A stretch of DNA of 64,000 nt from an uncultured Syntrophaceae bacterium (GTDB taxonomy: Bacteria > Desulfobacterota > SM23-61). The translations under genes were made by a program, and so were the position numbers. Of the stretch, positions 39,639 to 49,896 are shown piece by piece; the stretch's first letter is position 1; the number at the start of each line of letters is the position of its first letter. The notes under the pieces are model-generated. The model had not been told where the DNA came from. It saw nothing but the letters and a program-made list of their open reading frames with translations, and made no database searches. The stretch lies in NCBI GenBank assembly GCA_964484485.1, contig CAZAGD010000065.1, positions 7,490 to 71,489 of the forward strand. The letters are read 5' to 3'.

Positions 39639-40338
39639 TATAAGCCTGCTTTACCTTTTCTTCATTCAGCAAACTTTGGGCTTCTCCCGTTAAGACAACT
39701 TCCCCTGTTTCTAAGACATAACCACGATGGGCAACATTTAAGGCTAAAACCGCATTTTGCTCTACGAGCAAGATAGCCGTGCCTTGCTGGTTAATTTCCT
39801 TGATGACTTCGAAGATCCGGTTGACCAAGAGCGGAGCAATCCCCAAAGAAGGTTCATCCAGCATCAATAAGATAGGACGAGCCATAAGTGCGCGGCCAAT
39901 GGTAAGCATCTGTTGTTCGCCCCCGCTCAAGGTTCCGGCCAGCTGTTCTTGTCTTTCTTTTAATACGGGGAAAAGTTCATAGATGCGCTCAATCGTCTCG
40001 GCCATCCCCTTTCTCTCATTTCGACGCACATAAGCGCCTAAAATTAGATTTTTATAAACGGTCAATTGGGGAAATAATTTTCTGCCTTCAGGACAATGAG
40101 AAATACCTAATCGGACGATTCTTTCAGGGGGCAAATTATCTATTCTCTTCCCCAAAAATTCTATGGTACCTTTTCGGGGCTCAGTGAGTCCGGAAATGGT
40201 GCGTAATAGAGTGGTCTTCCCTGCTCCGTTGGCCCCTAAAATAGCCACTAACTCCCCTTGCGCCATTTCCATAGAAATTCCGCGTAGGGCTTGGGCTCGA
40301 CCGTAGAAAACTTCCACTTCCCTTAATCTAAGCAACAT
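39628..40338 (-). CDS. livF: branched-chain amino acid-type ABC transporter ATPase LivF
   Basis: Walker A GANGAGKTT. LSGGEQQMLTIGRAL. Confidence 0.85.
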   Translation of the reverse strand: MLLRLREVEVFYGRAQALRGISMEMAQGELVAILGANGAGKTTLLRTISGLTEPRKGTIEFLGKRIDNLPPERIVRLGISHCPEGRKLFPQLTVYKNLILGAYVRRNERKGMAETIERIYELFPVLKERQEQLAGTLSGGEQQMLTIGRALMARPILLMLDEPSLGIAPLLVNRIFEVIKEINQQGTAILLVEQNAVLALNVAHRGYVLETGEVVLTGEAQSLLNEEKVKQAYIGI

Positions 40339-41101
40339 AACTCTTCCCCAAATAAGCTTCGATGACCCTTCTATCTTTTCCTACATCTGCTGGCTTTCCT
40401 TCCGCGATTTTTTGACCATAACTCAAAACCATCACTCTTTGCGGCAGCTCCATGGCTACTTTCATTTTATGTTCAATCAATACAATAGTAATCCCCTGGT
40501 CATTGATCCTGGCAATTAAGGAGATGAGGTCGTTTATCTCCTTAAGGTTGACACCTCCGGTGGGCTCATCTAAGAGAAGTAAGCACGGTTCCGTCGCCAG
40601 GGCCATGCCAATAGATAACCTCTTTTGCGCTTCTTGGGTCAAGGTGCTGGCTAATACATTTCTTTTTTCTGTCAGACCTATAAAATTTAATATATCTGCA
40701 GCTTTTTCTTGAGCAATTTTTTCTTCCTCTTGGAAACTACGGCTGTTTATTAAAGTGCCAAGGAGTGGAGCTTTGGCCCGTAAACGACAACCAATTTTTA
40801 TATTTTCCAAAACAGTTTCTCTACCGAATATAGAAGTAATTTGAAAAGTGCGCGCAATCCCTTTTTGAGCTATGGTAAAAGGTTTTAGATGAGATATATC
40901 TTCTCCTTTAAAGGTGATTTTGCCTTTAGTGGGCGCCAAAAAACCCGTAATCACATTGAAGAGCGTGGTTTTCCCTGAACCATTAGGCCCAATGATGCTA
41001 AAAATTTCCCCTTCCTTTACGTAAAAGCTCAAGTCAGCAATAGCGCGCAGACCACCGAAATCTTTACAAAGGCCTTCTACTTCCAGAATCTTCCGGTTCA
41101 T
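40328..41101 (-). CDS. livG: branched-chain amino acid-type ABC transporter ATPase LivG
   Basis: Walker A GPNGSGKTT. LivG-type C-terminal extension. Confidence 0.85.
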   Translation of the reverse strand: MNRKILEVEGLCKDFGGLRAIADLSFYVKEGEIFSIIGPNGSGKTTLFNVITGFLAPTKGKITFKGEDISHLKPFTIAQKGIARTFQITSIFGRETVLENIKIGCRLRAKAPLLGTLINSRSFQEEEKIAQEKAADILNFIGLTEKRNVLASTLTQEAQKRLSIGMALATEPCLLLLDEPTGGVNLKEINDLISLIARINDQGITIVLIEHKMKVAMELPQRVMVLSYGQKIAEGKPADVGKDRRVIEAYLGKSYVA

Positions 41102-42087
41102 TTTCTTGCTTTTAAGAATAAATTAGCGGCCAGGAGATGGACTCCCCCCATGATACCTCCCCGCAAGAAAATAACAATAATAATTAACAAAAACCCATAG
41201 GCGACTAAGCGGGGAAAAGCCATCCCATGTAAAAGTTCGCTAATAACGGTTAAGCTAAAAGCCCCGATTATGGGCCCGGCCATTGTGCCTAAGCCGCCGA
41301 TTAGACAGTAGATGAGGATCTCAAAGGTTACATGGTAATCAGAAATCTCTGGGCTAAGAAAACCTATATAAGAAGCATATAAGCCACCGGATAGGCCAGC
41401 GAAAAACACGCTAATTAAAAATGATTGTAATTTGGTAAATAAGGTGTTAATCCCTAGAGATTCAGCCAACTCTTCATTTCCGCGAACAGCCAGAAAAGAC
41501 CTCCCAATCATAGAATTTACTATTCTTCTAATAATCAGCAAAGTCAAAATTAGGAAGGAAAAAACCAGATAATAATTAGCAGTCATCGTGGTAAAATTAA
41601 TTTCTTTTCCAAATGGGAACGGAATAGGTGTTGGCCTGGGAATGCCCAGCAATCCCCTAACTCCTTCGGTAAGACCCTCCCAGTTTTCGATGATTACGGT
41701 AACGATGACATTGAAACACATCGTTCCTATAGCGTAGTAGGAACCTTTGGTCCGAAAAGCAAGCAGACCAATGAAAAATCCAATGGCCACGGTTATAGAG
41801 CAGGCCATAATTAGGGCCAGCCAGAAATTAATTCCTAACTTTAACATTAATAAACCTGTGCTATAGGCACCAATTCCAAAAAAAGCCCCATGGGCTAAAT
41901 TAACTTGCCCCGTATAACCCATAATAAGATTCATAGAGGCGGCGGCTATTCCCCAAATACCGCACATGATCAAGATATGCATATAAAAACGGCTGCTGAC
42001 GAAAAAAGGTATGGTGGCCACCACTATAATGAAGATAATATAGGCCAAATTTCTGGAAATGAAATTACTGAATTTTGTTTGCCTCAT
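41098..42087 (-). CDS. livM: Liv-type ABC transporter permease LivM
   Basis: 329-aa polytopic permease adjacent to livH. Confidence 0.8.
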   Translation of the reverse strand: MRQTKFSNFISRNLAYIIFIIVVATIPFFVSSRFYMHILIMCGIWGIAAASMNLIMGYTGQVNLAHGAFFGIGAYSTGLLMLKLGINFWLALIMACSITVAIGFFIGLLAFRTKGSYYAIGTMCFNVIVTVIIENWEGLTEGVRGLLGIPRPTPIPFPFGKEINFTTMTANYYLVFSFLILTLLIIRRIVNSMIGRSFLAVRGNEELAESLGINTLFTKLQSFLISVFFAGLSGGLYASYIGFLSPEISDYHVTFEILIYCLIGGLGTMAGPIIGAFSLTVISELLHGMAFPRLVAYGFLLIIIVIFLRGGIMGGVHLLAANLFLKARK

Positions 42088-42983
42088 TTAGCCCCAAAGA
42101 GTCCCGTTGGTCTTATGGCCAAAACAGTAACCAAGACACCAAAGGAGAAAACTTCGTTATAAGCTGTACTGATATAACCCCCGCTTAGACTTTCCACTAA
42201 CCCTAAAATAAACCCACCTATGATGGCTCCGGGAATACTCCCCATTCCGCCTAAGATAATAATTACAAAAGCTTTAAGGATGACTGGCCCGCCCATTCCT
42301 GGGTAGACTAAATGGATAGGGGAAATTAAAGCGGCAGCTATGGAGGCCAAGCCGGTGCCCAAAGCAAAAACTATCATGCGCACGCGATTTACACTAATTC
42401 CCATGAGCAAGGCGCCTTCGCGATCTTGAGCCGTAGCTTCTATAGTGGCGCCGATGGTAGTTTTTTTAATAAAGAGCTGCAGAAGAATAATTAGCAGGAT
42501 AGTAACGGTGATAATGATTATTCTTTGTAAAGTAATTGTGAGGCCCATTACTTGGAAGGCCTCATAATGAACCGGGGGGAATCTTTTAAAGTCTGGGCCA
42601 AAAATATGTAAAGCCCCATCTACAAATATAAAGATTAGTCCAATGGCGGCTATAAAAGAATTTAAAGGAGATTCTTTGATCAAAGGCCGGTAAACTAAAC
42701 GTTCTACTAACACTCCGATGGCTGCTAAGGCGATCATGGCCAGCATCATGGCCAGCCAGTAATTGAATCCCATTTGGGTGGCCAACAGAAATGTCAAATA
42801 AGCTCCGGCCATATATAAAGCCCCATGAGCAAAATTAGGAATATGTAATATTCCATATTCCAAGGTAAGTCCCAAGGCCACCAATGAATAGATGCTGCCC
42901 AGCATTATGCCGTTTAAAACTTGCTGGATAAACAGCGCCATTTCTGCATCATCTTTTCCATTAAAATTTTTAGTGTAGAGCAA
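42084..42983 (-). CDS. livH: Liv-type ABC transporter permease LivH
   Basis: 299-aa polytopic permease. Confidence 0.8.
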   Translation of the reverse strand: MLYTKNFNGKDDAEMALFIQQVLNGIMLGSIYSLVALGLTLEYGILHIPNFAHGALYMAGAYLTFLLATQMGFNYWLAMMLAMIALAAIGVLVERLVYRPLIKESPLNSFIAAIGLIFIFVDGALHIFGPDFKRFPPVHYEAFQVMGLTITLQRIIIITVTILLIILLQLFIKKTTIGATIEATAQDREGALLMGISVNRVRMIVFALGTGLASIAAALISPIHLVYPGMGGPVILKAFVIIILGGMGSIPGAIIGGFILGLVESLSGGYISTAYNEVFSFGVLVTVLAIRPTGLFGAK

Positions 42984-43075
42984 GGGTTTATCCCTTGCCC
43001 TGGATGAGATAACTTTGAAGTTTATTCTCTTTATTTTTCAAGCAGAGATAAGAAAATTATAAAGATAAATAGATC

Positions 43076-44287
43076 TCACTTCGGCGTCCAAGTAGCGCCA
43101 TACTTTTGGTACCAGGGGCGCGGATCAATATCAACTGGTTTGCCAAATTTTCCCTCATCCACTTCCATGGCGAAGTAACCGGATAAAAATTGCCCTTCTT
43201 TAGTCATGGTATGAATGCCTCGGATAGCATGTTTGCCCACGGGTAGAACTTGCGGCACTGCCTCCATTATTTTATACACATCTGTTACAGTTCCCGCTTT
43301 CTTCATGGCCTCGGCAAAAATATACATAACTTCATAGTTGAAGGCTGATTCGGAAGTGGGAATAGTGTTAAATCTCTCTCTGTGTCTTTTGGAGTAATCT
43401 TGCATAAGCGGCAAAGGCATCATACCCACAGGACATACTCCCGTACTGGGGGAGATTAGTTTGAGTGGGGTTACTTTCTCCATCTCGTCCAGTTTACACT
43501 GGGATCCGAGAACAAAACCGCCCTTAAAGCCGAGTTCTCGCGCTTGCGATATAATCATGGCCGAAGGTTCTGAAGGGCCATAAAGGAAGATACAATCTGG
43601 CTTAGCGGCCAAAACTTTCGTTAGGTAAGGATAAAAGTCGGTCACTTTGGCATAATCAGCCGGGGCGTTAGCCACTATCTGCCCACCTTTGTCTTTCCAG
43701 AGAACCTCAAAAATTTGTTCGGCCAGTTTCCCTGATTCATGAGTACCACAAAGTAAGGCACCTTTGCGCCACCCCTTTTGCCAGCCCAGCTCGATTACTC
43801 CAGAATTATAAAAACCCATGGACATAGGTGCTTTGACCAATAACCTATTCCCCTGCTGCAATACAGCCGGATTATCAGTATAACCATGAATAATGAATTT
43901 TTCTTGTTCATTAAACTTCAGCATCCCTAATATGCCGCCGGCATGGGGACAAAAGATAAAAGGAGGTTTATGCAACTCGATTAAACGCCGGGCGTTGGTT
44001 ACTGTATCAGCCGGTTTATAGCGATCATCTAAGGCTATTACTTTAAAAGTATATTTTTTACCCCCAACGGTAATCCCACCGGCAGCATTTATCTCTTCCA
44101 CGGCCATTTCTAAACCCTCTAAGTTATTTCGACCGTATTTAGCTGCTCCTCCGCTCAAAGGTCCGGTATAGCCCACGTTAATTACATCGGCCAAAACCAT
44201 AGAAAGATTGCCCATAAACGACGTTAAGATAAGAATTATTAAAAAGTTTATAATTTTTTTAAAATTTTTCCCCCCACCCATAACCAT
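43076..44287 (-). CDS. Liv-type ABC transporter periplasmic substrate-binding protein (LivK/LivJ family)
   Basis: 403 aa with a signal peptide and a type I periplasmic binding fold. Confidence 0.75.
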   Translation of the reverse strand: MVMGGGKNFKKIINFLIILILTSFMGNLSMVLADVINVGYTGPLSGGAAKYGRNNLEGLEMAVEEINAAGGITVGGKKYTFKVIALDDRYKPADTVTNARRLIELHKPPFIFCPHAGGILGMLKFNEQEKFIIHGYTDNPAVLQQGNRLLVKAPMSMGFYNSGVIELGWQKGWRKGALLCGTHESGKLAEQIFEVLWKDKGGQIVANAPADYAKVTDFYPYLTKVLAAKPDCIFLYGPSEPSAMIISQARELGFKGGFVLGSQCKLDEMEKVTPLKLISPSTGVCPVGMMPLPLMQDYSKRHRERFNTIPTSESAFNYEVMYIFAEAMKKAGTVTDVYKIMEAVPQVLPVGKHAIRGIHTMTKEGQFLSGYFAMEVDEGKFGKPVDIDPRPWYQKYGATWTPK

Positions 44288-44589
44288 CCCCCTTTCTTAT
44301 TTAATTTTTTTATTTAAAAGGTAAAGTTATATAACTAATTTATTAGCGGACCCCCCTGACCTCTTTATCTCTACTTAGCCAGAAGATAAAACCCAACATT
44401 CAATTATATTCTCGGAGCAAATTACCATTTTTGCCAAACAATTTCAAGCAAAACTTAATTGGCAAAGTAATATCTCACTGAAGGTTAGAAACTTTAACTT
44501 TTTTGGCTACAAATGAGGCATGTAGCCATTATTACATGGGTTTTAAATAAGGCATTTGGTAGCGGAGTATGGCGTAGGCCAAGGGTTCA

Positions 44590-44781
44590 TCCCTTGCCGA
44601 AAAGAGGCAAGCCCTAAGGGCTTGCCCTACGAGAAATTAAAAAAACCTCAAATGTAGGGCAAGGGCTTGTCCCTTGCCGCATTTGGTTTTATTTCTTATA
44701 TGTAATTACGACACAATTTCATTGGGGAAAGTAGATAAAGCCAGACCACGGAGTAAGATAAGAGTGATAGCTGTAAATATT
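44590..44781 (-). mobile_element. MITE family B, copy B3 (reverse orientation, truncated at both ends)
   Basis: The reverse complement matches the B1/B2 core (AAATGCGGCAAGGGACAAGCCCTTGCCCTACATTTGAGGTTTTTTTAATTTCTCGTAGGGCAAGCCCTTAGGGCTTGCC) and the upstream CCGTGGTCTGGCTTTAT...ATGAAATTGTGTCGTAATTAC segment. Its left end abuts the A3 TIR and its right TIR is missing. Confidence 0.5.
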
Positions 44782-44783
44782 TA

Positions 44784-44991
44784 TTACTCGGAGCAATTAA
44801 TTATTTACACTTATGCCCCTCACCCTCCCCCCGTGGTCGGGTGTCAGTATGACAGTGTCGGAACGACAATCGTACCGATTCGTTCCGACTCTTATCGACT
44901 CTCCCCATGCTTGGGGAGAGGGTTAGGGTGAGGGGTTGAAAACGGCGGATGTCATATATTTATTGATCTCATTAATAATTGCTCCCAGTAA
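44784..44991 (+). mobile_element. MITE family A, copy A3 (208 bp; TIR TTACTCGGAGCA / TGCTCCCAGTAA, TA flanks)
   Basis: Near-perfect 12-bp TIRs with TA at 44782-44783 and 44992-44993. Same internal hairpins as A1 and A2. Confidence 0.6.
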
Positions 44992-45107
44992 TACCTCAGT
45001 CTCCTAAGAGCAAAAAAAGAGGTAGAAATAAGGTAATATCGGCCAGCCGCGAAAGCGTTATCAAAGGGGAAATTAAAACTACAATTCTTGGGAAATAATT
45101 TCTTTCT

Positions 45108-45971
45108 TTATTGACCTAAATAAATATTAATAAAGGCCTCCACATCTTGCCGGATAAATTCTGCTAAGGATAGAGTTGTATTTTGTAAAAGGATATTCAT
45201 ATCTAAAAAAATTTCGGCAAAGGTCATTCTTTGAATCTCGTGGCTTTCCCAGAATATTGCTTCATAGTTGCTCTTCCCTAAAATACCTTGTTGGTAATTT
45301 TTATAAGCCATTTGGGTCTCATGAGCCAGGACAGCCTGGATTTTGTCTTTAATATAAGGCGTAATATCAAAAATAATTCGTTTGTGTCCTCCCCAGAAGT
45401 TTCCCCAAATGCTGTAACCAAAAAGATGAGTAGCTTTTATGGAACAGGCGCGTAAAGCCTCCAAGCTAATCTGCGTGCAAAGCAAATGGGTTTTATGCCT
45501 TTCATATGGCGCGGGGATAAATACTTCTTCTGGCTGGAGAAGGTCTAAGATTTTGGCCAGAGTTCCTTTCACTTGAACAAATTTTGCGGGCAATTCTTTA
45601 CTGTTAACCCTAAGAAAAAAACCGCCTTTAGCTCTAAGGAGGCGCAGAGCTGATAGTGCTTCTATCTCTCTTCTGCTGACCATCTGGGCATTTGGAAAAT
45701 TCTTATCTCTGCGCGGGCTACCAGCTCCGTCGGTAATATAAACTACAAATACCTGTTTCTTTTTTTCAGCGGCGCTGGCCATGTAACCGCCGACCCCTAA
45801 TACGTCATCATCCGGATGCGGAGCAACGATCAATATATTTTCTTTTATTTGCCTATAATCTTCCAAATTTCGCCCTGTTTCTACAGCGATAAAAAAATCT
45901 TGGAGCATGGACACATCTTTCATAAAAAATTCTCCAGCAGCTGGATGTAATAATAATCTAAGGAAACACAA
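45108..45971 (-). CDS. PIG-L/LmbE-family N-acetylglucosaminyl deacetylase
   Basis: Zinc-binding motif APHPDDDVLGVGG. Downstream of murQ-anmK. The real start is probably the MKDVSM or MLQDF Met. Confidence 0.75.
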   Translation of the reverse strand: MCFLRLLLHPAAGEFFMKDVSMLQDFFIAVETGRNLEDYRQIKENILIVAPHPDDDVLGVGGYMASAAEKKKQVFVVYITDGAGSPRRDKNFPNAQMVSRREIEALSALRLLRAKGGFFLRVNSKELPAKFVQVKGTLAKILDLLQPEEVFIPAPYERHKTHLLCTQISLEALRACSIKATHLFGYSIWGNFWGGHKRIIFDITPYIKDKIQAVLAHETQMAYKNYQQGILGKSNYEAIFWESHEIQRMTFAEIFLDMNILLQNTTLSLAEFIRQDVEAFINIYLGQ

Positions 45972-47133
45972 TTTTCCCTAAAATAGCCGATCTTTCAGCC
46001 CCGGTGGCTCCCGGGACATTTCCGGAAATTCCTTGTAAAGTAGCATCTGCTAAGAGAGCGAAGGCCACGGCCTCTTTGGCATCCCCATCAATACCCAAAG
46101 CATTTAGAGTTTTTATGGGAATAGGTTGGAATAGTTCTTTCATGAAGCGAAGCAGGGTTTTATTATGCAGGCCTCCGCCAGAAATGAAGACTTCATCTAT
46201 TCTAAATTTGGGGAAAATATAATTTTTAAAAGCATCAAAAATCGAGATGGCTGTTAAATAGGTGGCGGTAGCGATAAGATCGGGAAAAGAGGCTTTCCGG
46301 GCGGCGCTGATGAATTCTTTTAAAAATGGTTTCCCAAATATTTCGCGCCCAGTAGATTTAGGAGGTTCTAAGCGGAAATAGGGATGTTGACGCATTCGGC
46401 TTAAAAGCTCTTCTTGCACCCTCCCTTGGGCAGCTATTTTCCCTAGGCTATCAAATTTTTTCTTCCCCTTTGTATAAATAGAGACCAAATCATCAATAAC
46501 CATATTTCCGGGACCTGTATCAAAGGCAAGTACTTCCTCTAATTTTTCCGGGACTACAGTCACATTGGCAATGCCACCTATATTTATGAAGGCGCGCACC
46601 TTCCCTTTTTCCCGGAAAAGAACAAAGTCAGCAAAAGGAACTAAGGGTGCTCCTATGCCACCGGCAGCTATATCACCTGGGCGGAAATCACCTATGGTTA
46701 AAATTCCGGTGCGGGCTGCGATCACGGCTCCCTCTCCTATTTGCAAAGTAGAATTAATTTTTCCTGGAACCTGACTAATATGATAAACAGTATGGCCGTG
46801 GGAACCCAGGAAATCTACCTGATTTGTCTGGTATCCGTGGTGCTGGAGAAATTTCAATACACAGGAAGCAAAAACTTCCCCCAAGATAAAATTCATTTCA
46901 CAGATTTCTTCCGCTTTAGCTGAATTAAGCTCTAAGATTCTTTTTCTAAGTGAGCGCGGGTAAGGGTAGGAATTAAAGGCTAAAAGTTTTACGTCCGTGG
47001 CCAAGTGGCGGCCTGATATTTCTACTAAGGCCAGGTCCACGCCATCCCCGGAAGTGCCCGACATGAGGCCTAGGGCTATTCTCTTTTTCTTTTCCTGGAT
47101 GCGCCATATTCTTGACCAAGCAGCTCTTTCCAT
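45958..47133 (-). CDS. anmK: anhydro-N-acetylmuramic acid kinase
   Basis: N-terminal GLMSGTSGDGVDLALVEI matches the AnmK signature. 391 aa. Confidence 0.85.
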   Translation of the reverse strand: MERAAWSRIWRIQEKKKRIALGLMSGTSGDGVDLALVEISGRHLATDVKLLAFNSYPYPRSLRKRILELNSAKAEEICEMNFILGEVFASCVLKFLQHHGYQTNQVDFLGSHGHTVYHISQVPGKINSTLQIGEGAVIAARTGILTIGDFRPGDIAAGGIGAPLVPFADFVLFREKGKVRAFINIGGIANVTVVPEKLEEVLAFDTGPGNMVIDDLVSIYTKGKKKFDSLGKIAAQGRVQEELLSRMRQHPYFRLEPPKSTGREIFGKPFLKEFISAARKASFPDLIATATYLTAISIFDAFKNYIFPKFRIDEVFISGGGLHNKTLLRFMKELFQPIPIKTLNALGIDGDAKEAVAFALLADATLQGISGNVPGATGAERSAILGKIVFP

Positions 47134-48101
47134 AATTCCTTCTTTTTCCTGATCAAATTCCGCGCTTCTTGAGCACTACATTTTTTCTTACCCATGATCA
47201 AGGCTATTTTAGGTTCGTAATCAGCTTTTTGCAACAAATCTTGGGCTTGTTTTGCTGGGCAACCGAGAATTTGGGTTACAATTTTTTCGGCTCTTCTCTT
47301 CAATTTTTGGGAAACAGGCCTAACTTCTATCATTAAATTACGGTAAACTTTTCCCAGAAGAATCATGGCCCCCGTGGAGATCATATTCAATACCAGCTTG
47401 GTTGCTGTTCCAGCTTTTAGGCGAGTTGAACCAGCAATTATTTCGGGGCCAACTATCGGATTAATTAATATCCCCTTTTTAAAAGGAAGCGCGGGGTGAG
47501 GCTGACAGGTAATAAAAATGCAACGCGCCCCCCGCTTATATGCTTCTCCTAAAGCGGCGCGCACAAAAGGGGTTGTGCCCGAAGCACTTATGCCGCAAAC
47601 TACATCTTTTCTTCCAATTTTCGCTTTTCTTACCGCGTGCACTCCCGCTCCTTGATCATCTTCGGCACCTTCTATGGCTTTCCAAAGGGCTTTTCGCCCT
47701 CCCGCAATAATGGCCTGTACTTTTCTTGATGACACATTAAATGTGGGTCCACACTCCACCGCATCCAACATGCCTAAGCGGCCACTTGTTCCAGCACCCA
47801 CATAAAATAATCTTCCTCCTTGTTTAAGAGCATCATGAACTATCTCTATAGCCCGGGCCACCTTACCAAGTTGAGTATGTACGGCTAAAGCAACTTTTTG
47901 GTCCTCACGATTCATAACCTCGGCTATTTCTAAAGCAGATGCCTGGTCAATATTGATCGATGCCAGATTGCCTTTTTCTGTTAATGCCGAAAATTCTCTT
48001 TTCTTATTTTTGGCCTTTGGTTCCATCTTCCCCATGGCCATATTCTTGGCCTTTTGCCCCCGGCCCTTCGCTTTTTGCTCCACTCCCCGCGCGCTGCTCA
48101 T
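47076..48101 (-). CDS. murQ: N-acetylmuramic acid 6-phosphate etherase
   Basis: SIS domain with YVGAGTSGRLG and an EGAED... catalytic Glu region. The true start is probably an internal Met, giving about 300 aa. Confidence 0.85.
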   Translation of the reverse strand: MSSARGVEQKAKGRGQKAKNMAMGKMEPKAKNKKREFSALTEKGNLASINIDQASALEIAEVMNREDQKVALAVHTQLGKVARAIEIVHDALKQGGRLFYVGAGTSGRLGMLDAVECGPTFNVSSRKVQAIIAGGRKALWKAIEGAEDDQGAGVHAVRKAKIGRKDVVCGISASGTTPFVRAALGEAYKRGARCIFITCQPHPALPFKKGILINPIVGPEIIAGSTRLKAGTATKLVLNMISTGAMILLGKVYRNLMIEVRPVSQKLKRRAEKIVTQILGCPAKQAQDLLQKADYEPKIALIMGKKKCSAQEARNLIRKKKELWKELLGQEYGASRKRKRE

Positions 48102-48670
48102 TCCCCTACCAACTCTTTACCCAACGCATAAGCTTCCGTCAAAGCAGTTGGATGCTTGATAATTTCTCCTTTTTCATCAATTTTCTGGTAAAGAAGTGAT
48201 TTATAAAAAATCATATCTAGGGCATCAAAAAAATATTTCATGGTTAAGAGTGGTCCATCGAAGACCTTATTCCCTCGCGATCCTCCCACAGCCAGAAAGA
48301 CTCCTCGGCGGTGCGGTTTATTTGGTGATATGGGTTGTTTTAATAGATATTTCTTCGCCCAAAGGGCCTGGCAACGGTCAATAAATGCCTTAGTATGGGC
48401 ACTTACCGCATAGAAGAAAATGGGGGAAGCAAGGGCGACTGCATCGGCTTCGGCCAGCTTATCATAAAGAGGCTGCATATCATCGGGAATGGGACATTTT
48501 CCTTCTTTTTTACACGCATAAATTTCTAAACATGGACTAATCTTTAATTGGCGTAAAAAAATTTCTTCTACTTCCGCTCCAGCCTCCCGGCAGCCCCGGA
48601 GAAGTTCTCTCAATAAAAGATCCGTATTTCCATCTCGGCGCGGACTCCCGTAAATACCCAAGACTTTCAT
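48098..48670 (-). CDS. NADPH-dependent FMN reductase / iron-sulfur flavoprotein-like
   Basis: MKVLGIYGSPRRDGNTDLLL flavodoxin-like N-terminus. 190 aa. Confidence 0.75.
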   Translation of the reverse strand: MKVLGIYGSPRRDGNTDLLLRELLRGCREAGAEVEEIFLRQLKISPCLEIYACKKEGKCPIPDDMQPLYDKLAEADAVALASPIFFYAVSAHTKAFIDRCQALWAKKYLLKQPISPNKPHRRGVFLAVGGSRGNKVFDGPLLTMKYFFDALDMIFYKSLLYQKIDEKGEIIKHPTALTEAYALGKELVGE

Positions 48671-48793
48671 TTTTGGCCCTCCTTTTTTAAAACCTTAGCA
48701 AACTACTTCTCTCCTGCCAAGAGGGAAAAATTTTGACCGCCAAGCGATTTTAATTTTTTAGTCCCTCGGCATAAAGAGGCTCTGGGGCAATTA

Positions 48794-49027
48794 TTAATCG
48801 GAGCAATTAAATATTTACAGTTATCACGCTTATCTTCCTCCATGCTCTGGCTTTGTTTGCTTGCCCCAATGAAATTGTATCTTAATTGCCCATAAGAAAT
48901 GAAACCAAATGCGGCAAGGGACAAGCCCTTCCCCTACATTTGAGGTTTTTTTAATTTCTTGTAGGGCAAGCCCTTGGGGCTTGCCGAACCCCGCATTAAG
49001 ATGTCGTTTATTTTATGCTCCCATTAA
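48794..49027 (+). mobile_element. MITE family B, copy B2 (234 bp; TIR TTAATCGGAGCA / TGCTCCCATTAA, TA flanks)
   Basis: Same length and architecture as B1, with TA at 48792-48793 and 49028-49029. Explains the spurious ORFs 48703-48924 and 49008-49334. Confidence 0.6.
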
Positions 49028-49208
49028 TAACTCTCCTCTGCCCAGCTGGGCACTTGGTCTTAATCAATAAATAGGCTAACTTTCTCCTGGGGTGGAGACT
49101 GTGTCGCCATGAGGGAGGAGGGCCGGAGGCAGGCCAAAAAGGAAACCAGTTGTTTTTTTGTGAAGAAAGAGCTATCCTATGCAAAATTTTTAAGAAAGGA
49201 GGAGTCCC

Positions 49209-49811
49209 ATGAAAGCCCAAGAAACCGCCATCGTTTTTATTGAGTTTCAAAATGACTTCTGCAAAGAAGGAGGTGCCCTTTACGAAGGAGTAAAAGGACA
49301 AATTAAAGCCCAAAACACTATTAAAAATGCCCAAGATTGCCTCCAGCGTGCCCGCGGAAAATGCCTTACTTTACTTGTGCCCATTCTTTTCGAAGAAGAT
49401 TATACTGATATAGGTTGCCTGGAAGTTTTAGGCCCTATTCATATCAACGCGGCTAAGGCTAAAGCTTTCCGCAAAGGTACTTGGGGTGGAGAGATTATTG
49501 AGGAATTGAAGCCCACTAAGCAAGATATAGTGGTTGAAGGTAAGAGAACCTTGGATGCTTTTCACTCCAGCAATATTGATTTCATCCTGCGGGTCAACTG
49601 CATAAAAAATGTAGCTTTCTGCGGATTCCTCACTAATGTATGTGTGGAAGGAACAGCCCGGTCAGCTTACGATAAGGGGTATAAAGTTTTTCTCCTAAAA
49701 GACTGCTGTGCGGCTATTTCCGCCGAAGAACAAAAATATGTGGAAGAAAAATTCTTCCCCTATATTGGCGAAGTATTAACACATGATGAATTCTTAAAAA
49801 GGCTAGAATAA
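49209..49811 (+). CDS. isochorismatase-family cysteine hydrolase
   Basis: Isochorismatase fold. Asp (IEFQNDF), Lys and Cys (FCGFLTNVCVEGT) catalytic triad context. Confidence 0.75.
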   Translation: MKAQETAIVFIEFQNDFCKEGGALYEGVKGQIKAQNTIKNAQDCLQRARGKCLTLLVPILFEEDYTDIGCLEVLGPIHINAAKAKAFRKGTWGGEIIEELKPTKQDIVVEGKRTLDAFHSSNIDFILRVNCIKNVAFCGFLTNVCVEGTARSAYDKGYKVFLLKDCCAAISAEEQKYVEEKFFPYIGEVLTHDEFLKRLE

Positions 49812-49896
49812 AAAAATTCTCGGGGCAATAAGGCTTTTTATGGGCTGCTTGATTTAAGCAGTTCATAAATTCTTTTTTTATATAAAGGGAATCGAA

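Noticed and set aside
48703-49334. ORFs 48703-48924 and 49008-49334 upstream of the isochorismatase gene
   Set aside because: They are almost wholly composed of MITE B2 sequence, which is homologous to the non-coding copies at 14162-14395 and 44590-44781. No RBS and no conservation as protein.
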